Of a stretch of DNA of 64,000 nt, positions 53,919 to 63,563 are shown piece after piece. The position numbers and the translations under genes are program-made. The stretch is from the IMG/VR virus record IMGVR_UViG_3300042401_002002, one strand, 5' to 3'. The stretch comes from a virus (taxonomy: Duplodnaviria; Heunggongvirae; Uroviricota; Caudoviricetes). Numbering within the stretch: the stretch's first letter is position 1; the number at the start of each line of letters is the position of its first letter. Below the pieces are notes generated by a model that was given only the letters and a program-made list of their open reading frames with translations, made no database searches and was not told where the DNA came from.

Positions 53919-55739
53919 TTAGTTTCTAAATTTTTTAGCGTAAAGTTTCATTAAGTCACTAATTACACTACCGTTATCATTTGCGTTATCAATAAAGTCC
54001 TCACCATCAATTACTTTGGAGATAACTTTTTGTTTTTCAGTTATCATGTCATAAACATACTCATCAATTGAATCTTTTACAATTAAAATCCACGCATTTA
54101 CTTGGTTTGTTTGTCCTATACGGTCCAATCTACCTATTGCTTGAGATAATATTGCAGGAACATAGGGGATTGTATTAGCTATAATATTGCTACTTTTTGT
54201 TAAAGTTATACCAGCATTACCAGCACCAAAACTAATAAACAAATTCTGTAATTCATTACTATCTTGTTGGAATTTATCAACTAATTCTTGTCTAATATAA
54301 GAATCAGTTTCACCAATATACAACTCACTATTGTTTTTGAAGTTTTCGTGAATTTTTTTTAATGGGTTTTTATATTCATCAAACAAAATAACCTTTTCTC
54401 CCTCATTGTTTAGTTCGGTAATTAAATCAGTTGAGTAGTCAAGTTTAATTGATGCTGTATACTGTCTTAATTCATTCATAACACCCATTACACTTACTTG
54501 TTTTTGGTTTTCTAAACCTTTGATTGATTTATCTTCTTGCCAGTCAATCTTAGCAAAACCATTTTCAATATTTTGATAGGTTTTAAGTTGTTCATCACTC
54601 ATTTCAAGGTAAACTTTTTGAATGTTAAGTGGTGGAAGGTCTTTAAGGTACTCTGATTTTTTTAATCGAATCATTAAACCTTCTAACTTATCATGCAATT
54701 TTTCATAATCAGGTGTTGATATTTGAGACCAACCACTAAATGATGAACTGTCGTATTTCATACCACACCACTCAGTAAAAAACTTACTTTTGCTTGTGAA
54801 TTCTAATGGTGATAATAAATGAAGGTTAACAAATAAATCAGTTATTGCATTTTGTTGTGGTGTTGCACTAAGTAAAGAAACTTTATTACCTATAATAGGT
54901 CTAATATGTTTAAGTAAATTTTTAACCATATTAGCTTGTGGATTCTTAATTGTATGCGCTTCATCACATATTAACATATCAAACTGTGTTAATCCGTGTT
55001 TAGCGAACCTTTCTTTGAAATTGAATGTACCTGATTTAAAATAATCGTAATTACAAATAATATATTTAGATTCTGAAATAGAATTTTTATTATTCTTTTT
55101 CATTTTAGCTGGTGTTGTTTCTAATACAAAAGCTTTTTGTTTTGTAAATTTAGTTACTTCATTAACCCAGTTAAATTTTAAGTTATTTGGTACAACAACC
55201 AACACTTTTTTAACTGAATCTTCATACATTTCACATTGTAATAATGTAATTAAGGTTTTACCTAAACCTAAGTCAGCAGCAATTAAAATCTTTTCAACCT
55301 CATGCGCAAAAATAGCGGCAGCTACTTGATATCTATAAGGTGTAATACCTGGATTTAAATATTTACTATAATCAAATTCAATTTTATCTAAAGCTAATAA
55401 ATCTTTCTTTCTTTGTATAGCTTTAGTTTGTTTTGCTAATGAAACTTTTAACTCTTCTTGTTTTTTATTATGTTCAGATAGTTTCTTTTTATATTTTTTA
55501 ATGAAATTGTCACGTTCACCTTCTTGGTGAAAATTGAAAAATATTTTATCATCACCTTTGTAAGAAAGGATAACTTGATATAAAGAAAAAATATCAAGAA
55601 CCCAACATTTTTTTGCTGAATCCCATTCTCTTTTTTCTAAAGATTTAATTTTTGTTATTAAATCTACATTATATAAAAATGACAAACTATAACTATCTCT
55701 TTTGAATTTAGTTATGTCTACTACTAATTTATTTTCCAC
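53919..55739 (-). CDS. SNF2-family helicase with a HARP-like N-terminus
   Basis: ADLGLGKT, DEAH, SATP, GITL, QAIGRLDRIGQ. Confidence 0.92.
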   Translation of the reverse strand: MENKLVVDITKFKRDSYSLSFLYNVDLITKIKSLEKREWDSAKKCWVLDIFSLYQVILSYKGDDKIFFNFHQEGERDNFIKKYKKKLSEHNKKQEELKVSLAKQTKAIQRKKDLLALDKIEFDYSKYLNPGITPYRYQVAAAIFAHEVEKILIAADLGLGKTLITLLQCEMYEDSVKKVLVVVPNNLKFNWVNEVTKFTKQKAFVLETTPAKMKKNNKNSISESKYIICNYDYFKSGTFNFKERFAKHGLTQFDMLICDEAHTIKNPQANMVKNLLKHIRPIIGNKVSLLSATPQQNAITDLFVNLHLLSPLEFTSKSKFFTEWCGMKYDSSSFSGWSQISTPDYEKLHDKLEGLMIRLKKSEYLKDLPPLNIQKVYLEMSDEQLKTYQNIENGFAKIDWQEDKSIKGLENQKQVSVMGVMNELRQYTASIKLDYSTDLITELNNEGEKVILFDEYKNPLKKIHENFKNNSELYIGETDSYIRQELVDKFQQDSNELQNLFISFGAGNAGITLTKSSNIIANTIPYVPAILSQAIGRLDRIGQTNQVNAWILIVKDSIDEYVYDMITEKQKVISKVIDGEDFIDNANDNGSVISDLMKLYAKKFRN

Positions 55740-55892
55740 TGTATAAAAATTTACTGTTTACAATTTAGAAAAAATAAATTAAATAAACAAATAAAATGTT
55801 GGTTATTTTGTAAAAATATTTTAATTTTCTTGTTTATGTTTACTTGAAATTATAACAATTATTTGTAACAGTTACTTGCAACAGTTACTTGT

Positions 55893-56016
55893 AACTAACG
55901 TAGCGGTGCTTGTGAAAGTTGGTTTCACTAAAGTTTAATAGAATCACAATGTTTGTGTTTATCACTAAACTGTCCACGAAGTACAATGACCAACTTTCAT
56001 AAGCACAGTGTTACCA
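55893..56016 (-). other. attC-like recombination site
   Basis: Minus strand TGGTAAC...GTTAGTT ends enclosing an 18-bp inverted repeat with one mismatch (55906-55923 / 55989-56006); starts 7 nt after a stop codon. Confidence 0.6.
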
Positions 56017-56023
56017 AATGTTT

Positions 56024-56497
56024 TTATTGTTGTTGAAAATGTTGTTTATAATATTTAGCTGAATTTTGAAAAGCGGTTAATCCACCTTCATGTTTGTTTT
56101 TATATTTATTTACCATGTTGATTATTTCAGCATTTAATTTAGTCTTGAATGTTTGTCTAGGTACTTTACATTTATAAAAATTAAAACACGCATCATCATA
56201 TTTCGATAATATTCTTTCTATTTTAGCGTTTAATAAGATACTGTCAATTGTATCTTTACTATACAATTCTTCTAATTCAATTTTACTTTTTTCAATATCA
56301 TCAATTATTTTGTCTAGTTTATTGTTTTTGTTTTTAAAATATGTTTGAATAAACGGTATTATGATAACTAAAATAGAGATAACAGCAATAATCCAAAATT
56401 TAATTTCAGTTTCGTTATTTGATTCTTTTAATTTAACTATTTCATTAAAAGCTATTCTTAAACTATCTTTCATTGTTGTTACGTTTTTCAAGTTCAT
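56024..56497 (-). CDS. Hypothetical single-TM protein (cassette-like)
   Basis: ORF track, 157 aa. Confidence 0.65.
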   Translation of the reverse strand: MNLKNVTTMKDSLRIAFNEIVKLKESNNETEIKFWIIAVISILVIIIPFIQTYFKNKNNKLDKIIDDIEKSKIELEELYSKDTIDSILLNAKIERILSKYDDACFNFYKCKVPRQTFKTKLNAEIINMVNKYKNKHEGGLTAFQNSAKYYKQHFQQQ

Positions 56498-56816
56498 CTA
56501 ATAATTTAATAAAATCTGTATTATCATATCCTTCGTTTATATTATTAAACTTTTCACGAATTTTATTTATAATTTTAATCTTGTCTTTCAGTGTTATATT
56601 TTTACCACTATTGACATAAGTTAATTTATTTATTTTATTGTCTAGGGATTCAACAACAAGTGGGTTATTTTTTTGTTGTAATAAATACTTATAATAATCT
56701 TCACTTAAATTTTCAATACTAGCCATAATTTTATTTATTTCTATTTCTGTCTTTAAAATATTTGGTAACATTAAATATTTGCGAAGGTGGGTTATTAAAG
56801 ATTGAATAAAGTTCAT
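56463..56816 (-). CDS. Hypothetical protein
   Basis: ORF track, 117 aa; TTTG-N20-TATATTTG promoter upstream. Confidence 0.65.
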   Translation of the reverse strand: MNFIQSLITHLRKYLMLPNILKTEIEINKIMASIENLSEDYYKYLLQQKNNPLVVESLDNKINKLTYVNSGKNITLKDKIKIINKIREKFNNINEGYDNTDFIKLLDELEKRNNNER

Positions 56817-56917
56817 AATTTAGGTTTTAAAGTTAATTAAGATTGAAGAACAAATATATGAATAAAAACCCACTTTTGCAAATATTTTGTTAGTTATAAA
56901 TAACTGTTATAAGTTTG

Positions 56918-57055
56918 TTATTTTGTAAAAATAAGTAAATAATTTAAACCTAAATTATTTAATGGGATTACATTAGAATAATTACCTATACATAATACAT
57001 ATTCATAACTAATTTTAAACTTGTATTCTTCTTCTATATAATATTTTAGTTTCAT
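56918..57055 (-). CDS. MKL-family microprotein (45 aa)
   Basis: MKLKYYIEEEYKFKISYEYVLCIGNYSNVIPLNNLGLNYLLIFTK. Confidence 0.78.
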   Translation of the reverse strand: MKLKYYIEEEYKFKISYEYVLCIGNYSNVIPLNNLGLNYLLIFTK

Positions 57056-57195
57056 CTTTTAAATATTATTAAATGTCCTGAATGAGTTTTAATAGTTACA
57101 ACATTGTCTTTTATTTTATTTTCTATCTTTTTATAAATCAAACCTTCACTAAATGTAAAGATAGAACTAGTTAAATTTCCAATTTTTAATTTCAT
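57052..57195 (-). CDS. MKL-family microprotein (47 aa)
   Basis: MKLKIGNLTSSIFTFSEGLIYKKIENKIKDNVVTIKTHSGHLIIFKR. Confidence 0.8.
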   Translation of the reverse strand: MKLKIGNLTSSIFTFSEGLIYKKIENKIKDNVVTIKTHSGHLIIFKR

Positions 57196-57326
57196 CTTTT
57201 AAATAATTTAAGGTCGTTTAATAAATAATTGTAAGATTTTGTTACATCTTCATCTATAATTAAATTATAAATACCACCTTCGGTAAATTTCCAACTTGAT
57301 ATTAAATCAGATATAAGAAGTTTCAT
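57192..57326 (-). CDS. MKL-family microprotein (44 aa)
   Basis: MKLLISDLISSWKFTEGGIYNLIIDEDVTKSYNYLLNDLKLFKR. Confidence 0.8.
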   Translation of the reverse strand: MKLLISDLISSWKFTEGGIYNLIIDEDVTKSYNYLLNDLKLFKR

Positions 57327-57430
57327 CTTTTAAATGTTAATAATTTGTTATTTAATGTATTAGCTGATAAAAGTAATTGAAAAATAACCTTATCAAATAT
57401 TATGTGGTTACTGGCTCTTTTAAGTTTCAT
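57323..57430 (-). CDS. MKL-family microprotein (35 aa)
   Basis: MKLKRASNHIIFDKVIFQLLLSANTLNNKLLTFKR. Confidence 0.78.
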   Translation of the reverse strand: MKLKRASNHIIFDKVIFQLLLSANTLNNKLLTFKR

Positions 57431-57431
57431 A

Positions 57432-58166
57432 CTATTCAGTTTCCCTTTCTATATGAAAATCTAAACCTATTTTAGAAAATTCACTATTTCTAGTTGATTG
57501 ATTATTGTTACTTTTAAAATAATCATTATCATTTGGTAAAATATTTGCAGGTCTCATCCCGTAATATTCTTCATCACTTAACCCATCATCATCCGGTTCA
57601 ATTTGAATAAATTGTGGTTGTTCAACAAATTCTTTGTTTTTAAATGATTTTAAGAACTCACTAGCATCAATACCAGCAAATTCTTCTTCTTCATTAATTG
57701 GTTCATTGTTAATTATTAATGGTGTTGTATTTTCAAATTCAATAAATTCATCATTATCTTTGATTTTTAGTGAATTATTTTTTATTTTTTCAAGCTTTTC
57801 CTCTAATAATTGTTGTTCTTTTATTCTTTTTTCTTCTATTTTCTTTTCAATGTTCTCACGTTTAATATTTGTGTTAATATTATCTTTTAAATAAGTTAAT
57901 AAATAATCAATAGTTGTATCAATGTTTATTGGTTTTATTAATAAACTATTAGCGTTATTTGTTTGTGAGTATTTTTCAATAATAATATGTTCATCTTTTT
58001 TTAATTTCCAATTTATAGGTATTAAAGCTTTTAATTGAAAACAAAATATATCATTATTAATTTCAATAGAAATTAAATGTGGTCGTAATTCGTTTAATAT
58101 TTTTTGAATTTGTTGTTTCATTTTTATTTCTTTTTGATATAATACTATTGATGTATTTGGTGCCAT
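57432..58166 (-). CDS. Hypothetical protein
   Basis: ORF track, 244 aa. Confidence 0.7.
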   Translation of the reverse strand: MAPNTSIVLYQKEIKMKQQIQKILNELRPHLISIEINNDIFCFQLKALIPINWKLKKDEHIIIEKYSQTNNANSLLIKPINIDTTIDYLLTYLKDNINTNIKRENIEKKIEEKRIKEQQLLEEKLEKIKNNSLKIKDNDEFIEFENTTPLIINNEPINEEEEFAGIDASEFLKSFKNKEFVEQPQFIQIEPDDDGLSDEEYYGMRPANILPNDNDYFKSNNNQSTRNSEFSKIGLDFHIERETE

Positions 58167-58299
58167 ATTGTTTTTATTTCAGTAAACGCAATGTAGTTAA
58201 AATTATTTACATTTCCAAATTTTTTATAATAAAAAATCCCAAGTTGTTGTCGCAACTTGGGACTAAACATTATTTTATGAAAAATACAATTTAAAAAAA

Positions 58300-58692
58300 T
58301 TAATCTTCAATATCATCAGAATCGTCAGATAAAGCATCAATCATTAATTTTTTGTGCTTCTCTTTTTCGTAATCTTCTAATGACTTCATGTATATCATTA
58401 CTCGGTCAACTGTATGAGCATAAATGATAATCACTGATTGTTCTTTTTCAAGAATGATGCGAACATCTTCGCCATCCTCACCTTGTTTTACAACCTCGCA
58501 CCATTTTTTGTACTCTACCATATCGTCATCAGTTACCTCAGGGTATCTGTTTGCAATTTGGTCCTCTAAAAGATGGATAAAGAAGTCTTTGAATGTTCTG
58601 AAATCAATACCATGAATTGGGTCACTTGGTAGGATTTCATGTTTGAACTCTAACTTCTCTGGTTGGTTGTCTAACTTTACTTTTTCTGACAT
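58300..58692 (-). CDS. Hypothetical acidic protein
   Basis: ORF track, 130 aa; TACATTTG box upstream, CCCAAGTTG/CAACTTGGG hairpin downstream. Confidence 0.7.
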   Translation of the reverse strand: MSEKVKLDNQPEKLEFKHEILPSDPIHGIDFRTFKDFFIHLLEDQIANRYPEVTDDDMVEYKKWCEVVKQGEDGEDVRIILEKEQSVIIIYAHTVDRVMIYMKSLEDYEKEKHKKLMIDALSDDSDDIED

Positions 58693-58787
58693 TTTGTTGT
58701 GATTTTAAGGTTTACATTTAAACAAAGAACCGTTCTTTGCTTTCGATGTTACAAATGTAGTATAAAAATTTTACATACAAAATTATT

Positions 58788-59915
58788 TTAAGAAATATTT
58801 TTATTTATTTTTATATCTTCTATAGTTTTTAATGCTGAACCGTAAACTTGATGCATGTCATAATACTTATAATCAGCCAATCTACCACCAAAAATAACAT
58901 TTTTTAAATTTTTTGTTAGTTCTTTGTAATCTGAAAATAATTTATTATTTTTTTCATCATTAACAGGGTAATATGGTGTTTTTGTTTTATCAAAAGTATC
59001 AGGTGTTTCATAAGTCACATAACTTATGCTGTTATCTTTGTTTTTATTGTTTAATTCAAAGTGTTTATGTTCAGTTGTTCTAGTGTAAGGAATGTCTTCA
59101 GATGTGTGATTAATAACTGAAACACCCTGGAAATCACTAGTATTCATTTTAACTGTATCAAACTTTAGTGTTCTGTATTCTAATTCACCATAACAATAAT
59201 TGAAATATTCATCTATCTTACCTGTGTAAATTACTGTTTCAGCTAAATTATCAAAATATTCTTTATTGTTAAAATAATTAGTATTTAATCTAACTTCAAT
59301 ATTATTTAATAAATTTTTAAATAACTCTGTATAACCACCTTTAGGTATACCTTGGTATTTATCAAAAAAATATGAATCATTAAAATTTGTTCTTATGGGA
59401 ATTCTTTTAATAATGGACATAGGTAGTTCTTTAGGTTCCCTTCCCCATTGTTTTTTTGTGTAACCATAAATAAATGTTTTATAAATATCTTCACCAACTA
59501 AAGATAATACATATTCTTCTAGGTTTTTAGGATTAGGTATATTAGATTTTACAGATTCTAATTTATCAATAGCTTCTTTTGGTGTTTTAACATTGTACAT
59601 TTGATATAATGTTAATAAATTAATCGGAAATGAATAAAATTTGTCATTATACGATACAATAGGTTTGTAGTTATACGGTAAAAATTCTACATAATTATTT
59701 ATATCGTCCCATATTTTTTTACTATCAGTATGAAAAATGTGTGGACCATATTTATGTATATGTATATCATCTTTGGTTTCGGTATAACAGTTACCTGCTA
59801 TGTGTTCTCTTTGGTCAATAACTAGGCATTTAAAACCTAGGTCAGTAAGTTTTCTAGCACATACAGCACCAAACATACCTGACCCAACTATTAGATAATC
59901 GTATTGTTTTTTCAT
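58788..59915 (-). CDS. glf: UDP-galactopyranose mutase
   Basis: IVGSGMFG, HIAGNCY, HKYGPHIFHT, YTKKQWG, YQGIPKGGY, PYYP, GGRLADYKYYDM. Confidence 0.96.
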   Translation of the reverse strand: MKKQYDYLIVGSGMFGAVCARKLTDLGFKCLVIDQREHIAGNCYTETKDDIHIHKYGPHIFHTDSKKIWDDINNYVEFLPYNYKPIVSYNDKFYSFPINLLTLYQMYNVKTPKEAIDKLESVKSNIPNPKNLEEYVLSLVGEDIYKTFIYGYTKKQWGREPKELPMSIIKRIPIRTNFNDSYFFDKYQGIPKGGYTELFKNLLNNIEVRLNTNYFNNKEYFDNLAETVIYTGKIDEYFNYCYGELEYRTLKFDTVKMNTSDFQGVSVINHTSEDIPYTRTTEHKHFELNNKNKDNSISYVTYETPDTFDKTKTPYYPVNDEKNNKLFSDYKELTKNLKNVIFGGRLADYKYYDMHQVYGSALKTIEDIKINKNIS

Positions 59916-60568
59916 TCTTTAATAATTAATATACCAATACCCATAATGTTGTAATTATTAGGGTGTTCAGTGAATTCTAAATATTTGTAGTTTTGTTTGA
60001 TTTCATCCCAAAATGTAACAACACCGCCATTTTCACATTTTTCTTTTATATACATGTCATTAATATCATGAAACACACAGTATTTTGATTTTATACCAAC
60101 ATTATAAAAATCATTTTTAACATAACTATAGTCATGATTACCATCAATAAAAACTAAATCGTAGTTATTATTTTTTATTATTGGGTCATCACTTGTTGTT
60201 GTTATTTTATTTACATTAAATGTCTCTATTAATTCATTATTAATAAAATTAAAAGGGTCTATTGTGGTAGTTTCAATATTTTTATTATTTTTTTCCAATA
60301 TAGTTTTAATTAAAACATGTGTATAACCATTATATGTCCCGATATCTAAATAATTATGTATTATTTTATTAGATAAAAATTTTAAAAGATTATTTATTTG
60401 AGACGGTATTTGCCACATACCGTCAGTGTCTTTATTTTTTAACATATAAATAATATCATCACCATATAAATCACGTTCATCGTAAGCTAGACCTATTTTA
60501 TGTATTATTTCTAAATAATCATCTGAATTGTGATTATTTATTAAATTTTTTATTTCTATATAATTCAT
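59912..60568 (-). CDS. Class I SAM-dependent methyltransferase (Methyltransf_24-like)
   Basis: LDIGTYNG, DLVFIDGNHDY, VFHDI. Confidence 0.85.
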   Translation of the reverse strand: MNYIEIKNLINNHNSDDYLEIIHKIGLAYDERDLYGDDIIYMLKNKDTDGMWQIPSQINNLLKFLSNKIIHNYLDIGTYNGYTHVLIKTILEKNNKNIETTTIDPFNFINNELIETFNVNKITTTSDDPIIKNNNYDLVFIDGNHDYSYVKNDFYNVGIKSKYCVFHDINDMYIKEKCENGGVVTFWDEIKQNYKYLEFTEHPNNYNIMGIGILIIKE

Positions 60569-61377
60569 AGTATTTCTCTATATTTGTTAACAAAATTATT
60601 ATTGTCAACGATTTCTCTTTGTGTAAAAAAAGCGTAATGTGAAAATATTTTTTCACCAAAAATAATATTAGGTTTATTAATCATTTTTGGTTTATCTACT
60701 GATAACCATTGTTCTTCATCAGACCCTACTTCACCATTAAAATTACTAAATTCTGAACCTAACCATGAAATAACATTTATTGAAACCCTTTGATATTCAG
60801 ATAATATCCATTTTTTAAATTTATATTTATCTGTATCGTTATTATTTAAATCGGTTATAAATTTTTCATGTACAAATGACGCAAAATTGCCATCTACCCA
60901 TCCCATTGCTGGTACCCCATGTTCTTGCCAACAAGCATATTGGTTTAAACCAAAAGGTTGTGTTGGTATAGCACCTATTCTTTGGTGAATGTGTGTGATA
61001 ACTGAGTTATTTATGATATTACCATATACCAAAAAATATTCAGGATTGTTAATTCTAAAATTAAATATTTCCTTTATAGCGTCATTTTCAATATAAACTA
61101 TATCATCATCTAACCTTAAATATGCTGTCTCGTTGTCAGTATATTCTTTAAAGAACTTGCAAATTGATAAATTACCATTAATTGGTTCATTTATTTTCAC
61201 TGTTTTAACCCATTCAATTTCAGATTCCAATTTTAACATATAGTTAATATCTTCTTCGTTTGTTGTATTAACCCATAAATGATATTCATCAAAATCATTT
61301 TTTTGTTTTTTTAGATATTCAATTAATATTTCTAAATATCTTTTTCTACCTGCTGGTGTTACTATTATTTTTTTCAT
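60565..61377 (-). CDS. Putative glycosyltransferase (GT-A-like)
   Basis: TPAGRKRYL...YLRLDDDIVY; cluster context. Confidence 0.7.
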   Translation of the reverse strand: MKKIIVTPAGRKRYLEILIEYLKKQKNDFDEYHLWVNTTNEEDINYMLKLESEIEWVKTVKINEPINGNLSICKFFKEYTDNETAYLRLDDDIVYIENDAIKEIFNFRINNPEYFLVYGNIINNSVITHIHQRIGAIPTQPFGLNQYACWQEHGVPAMGWVDGNFASFVHEKFITDLNNNDTDKYKFKKWILSEYQRVSINVISWLGSEFSNFNGEVGSDEEQWLSVDKPKMINKPNIIFGEKIFSHYAFFTQREIVDNNNFVNKYREIL

Positions 61378-61385
61378 TATTTTTA

Positions 61386-62027
61386 TTAAGGTTTATTCGT
61401 CCAGTTTGTAAAGCTTTGTCCCCAATTAGCTTTATATTTTTTTACACCTATATGTTTATAATTTTCAATTTTTCTAATAACACCATTATAAACGGTGTCA
61501 AAATTAAACCATTCAACATTGTCATACAAAAAATGTGTACTGTTTGTTGATTTAAAAATAAAACCTTCATAATCAACAGCTTTTATTTTTGTGCAATTTA
61601 TTAATTTTTTTAATTCATTTTTAAATTTATATAAAATGTCTGATTTATATAAACCTATATTACATATACCAATATGTTGTTTTGTTAAATATATAGAATC
61701 AATATTTTTGTCAATATAATTGATATTTTTTAATAATTCTTCTTTAAAATAGCTTTCAACTTCACAAGTATCATGTAAATAAAAATAATAATCACATGGT
61801 ATAGGGTTTTCAGATAATTCTATTAAAGCTGTGTAGTCAAAAGAATTATGTGTAATGTAGTTGTATGTTATATTGTGTTCAATTTTAGTATAATTATAAT
61901 CTGAACCACCAATATAAATAATTATATCATTATTGTTTATACCTGATATATTTAATGAATTAATCAATAAAGGTAATGTTATATTGTGATATTCTATATA
62001 ACTGTTAATTATGTATTTTATTTCCAT
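61386..62027 (-). CDS. Putative glycosyltransferase-like protein
   Basis: YFYLHDT motif; cluster context. Confidence 0.55.
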   Translation of the reverse strand: MEIKYIINSYIEYHNITLPLLINSLNISGINNNDIIIYIGGSDYNYTKIEHNITYNYITHNSFDYTALIELSENPIPCDYYFYLHDTCEVESYFKEELLKNINYIDKNIDSIYLTKQHIGICNIGLYKSDILYKFKNELKKLINCTKIKAVDYEGFIFKSTNSTHFLYDNVEWFNFDTVYNGVIRKIENYKHIGVKKYKANWGQSFTNWTNKP

Positions 62028-62031
62028 ATTA

Positions 62032-62718
62032 TTAATTTATATGTCTTCCCCAACCTATGTGTTCAACATGTTTTTCTGTTAATATTACTGACCTGAATCC
62101 TAACTCTTTATATTTTATACCTGCTTCAGCTTCAAAATCTATGTAAACACCTGAATTAATTATTTTAATGTCAACTAATCCAAAATAAGGTTTTATTAAG
62201 TTATAGTCAGATAATCTTCTTAAACCAGGGTTAAAACTAAAACCGTGCCAGACATTTAAGTAACCCAATGATAAAAGTCTATAATTAACACCGTTAGCAT
62301 TAAAAATTTCGTCTTCAACTGGGTGACCATTTGTATCATGTAAATTTCTTAACCAAACATTCACTATTTTAGTATCATTTTCTAGTATTTCTAAACTTTT
62401 TTCAATAAATGATTCTTTAGTAAAGAACCAATCTTCTTCACAATGAAATATGTATTCAGTATTTATTTTTGAATACATTTTATCTATTGATTTTATTTGT
62501 CCTAATTTAAGTTCATTTTCAATCCATTCAACATTATATTTTTTATATTTTTCTTTTAAATGATTATTTATACCTAATATATTACTATCTTCTATAATAA
62601 TATATTTTGTTATGGGGTAAGTGTTTTTTTCAAAAAAACTGTCCATAGTTTTTTCTAATAAATCAGGTCTCCCACATGATGTTAGTGCAAATGTTATTTG
62701 TTTATTTTGAGTTATCAT
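62032..62718 (-). CDS. Glycosyltransferase family 2-like
   Basis: TSCGRPDLL, IIED, FHCEEDW, FNPGLRR, HIG. Confidence 0.8.
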   Translation of the reverse strand: MITQNKQITFALTSCGRPDLLEKTMDSFFEKNTYPITKYIIIEDSNILGINNHLKEKYKKYNVEWIENELKLGQIKSIDKMYSKINTEYIFHCEEDWFFTKESFIEKSLEILENDTKIVNVWLRNLHDTNGHPVEDEIFNANGVNYRLLSLGYLNVWHGFSFNPGLRRLSDYNLIKPYFGLVDIKIINSGVYIDFEAEAGIKYKELGFRSVILTEKHVEHIGWGRHIN

Positions 62719-63563
62719 AATTCTTTTAAAAATTCTTTAGCAATATTTTCTTCATTACTATATTTTTGTTTATTTGATAATGATGAATGTCCATTACCGT
62801 TATTACTAAAATATGCATGTTTTGCATATTTTTTTAAATCTAAATTTTTAAATGTGTAACCTAAATTAAACATTTCTTTAAACCATTCTGTAGCTGTATC
62901 TAATTTACATGACCCAAAAGGTATTACATTTTTATTATAAATAACTTCTTTGTTATTTATTTCATTATTTATTAAACAAAACCATTCATTTAATCTACAT
63001 TCTGGTAATGGAAATGGTTTATTTTTATCAACAATATGGTGAGGTCTTGCTGGTTTGTGTATATTAAATGTTTGAATTATTTCACCGTAATTATAATTAA
63101 AATCATTGAATTTTTCACTATTACATTTATTTGCATAAAACATAGGACAGTTCCAACATTGCCCTATTTCACTAACACCTAAATTGTTTTCAATATTTTC
63201 TAGCATGTGTTTTATGATATTGTTTTTATATAAAACATCATTATGTGTTATAAATACAAACTTCTTGTCAGACTTTTCAAAACCATATTGGTAACGCATT
63301 GATAATCTATATTCTTCATCAATAAAACATCTTTGTTTGTCAGTTTGGTTAATAAAATTAAAATATTTAGGTTTGTAATGTATTATATTATCAAACTCAT
63401 TTAATATTAGATTAATATCAAAAACTTCTGGTTGATTTGGTTCTTCTTGTAAATAAATTTTATCAATATAGTCACCAGAATGTTTCATTAAAGATTTTAA
63501 AGTGACCAAAGTTTGATATGGTTTACCATAAACATTTATAATAACATCAACTTTCTGTTCCAT
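62715..63563 (-). CDS. Putative glycosyltransferase (GT-A-like)
   Basis: VDVIINVYGKP...FITHNDVLY. Confidence 0.6.
   Translation of the reverse strand: MEQKVDVIINVYGKPYQTLVTLKSLMKHSGDYIDKIYLQEEPNQPEVFDINLILNEFDNIIHYKPKYFNFINQTDKQRCFIDEEYRLSMRYQYGFEKSDKKFVFITHNDVLYKNNIIKHMLENIENNLGVSEIGQCWNCPMFYANKCNSEKFNDFNYNYGEIIQTFNIHKPARPHHIVDKNKPFPLPECRLNEWFCLINNEINNKEVIYNKNVIPFGSCKLDTATEWFKEMFNLGYTFKNLDLKKYAKHAYFSNNGNGHSSLSNKQKYSNEENIAKEFLKEL

Larger units (their letters stand above)
56918..57430 (-). repeat. Microprotein array 7: 4 units
   Basis: ATGs at 57430, 57326, 57195, 57055; three junctions ATTTAAAAGATGAAA. Confidence 0.9.
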
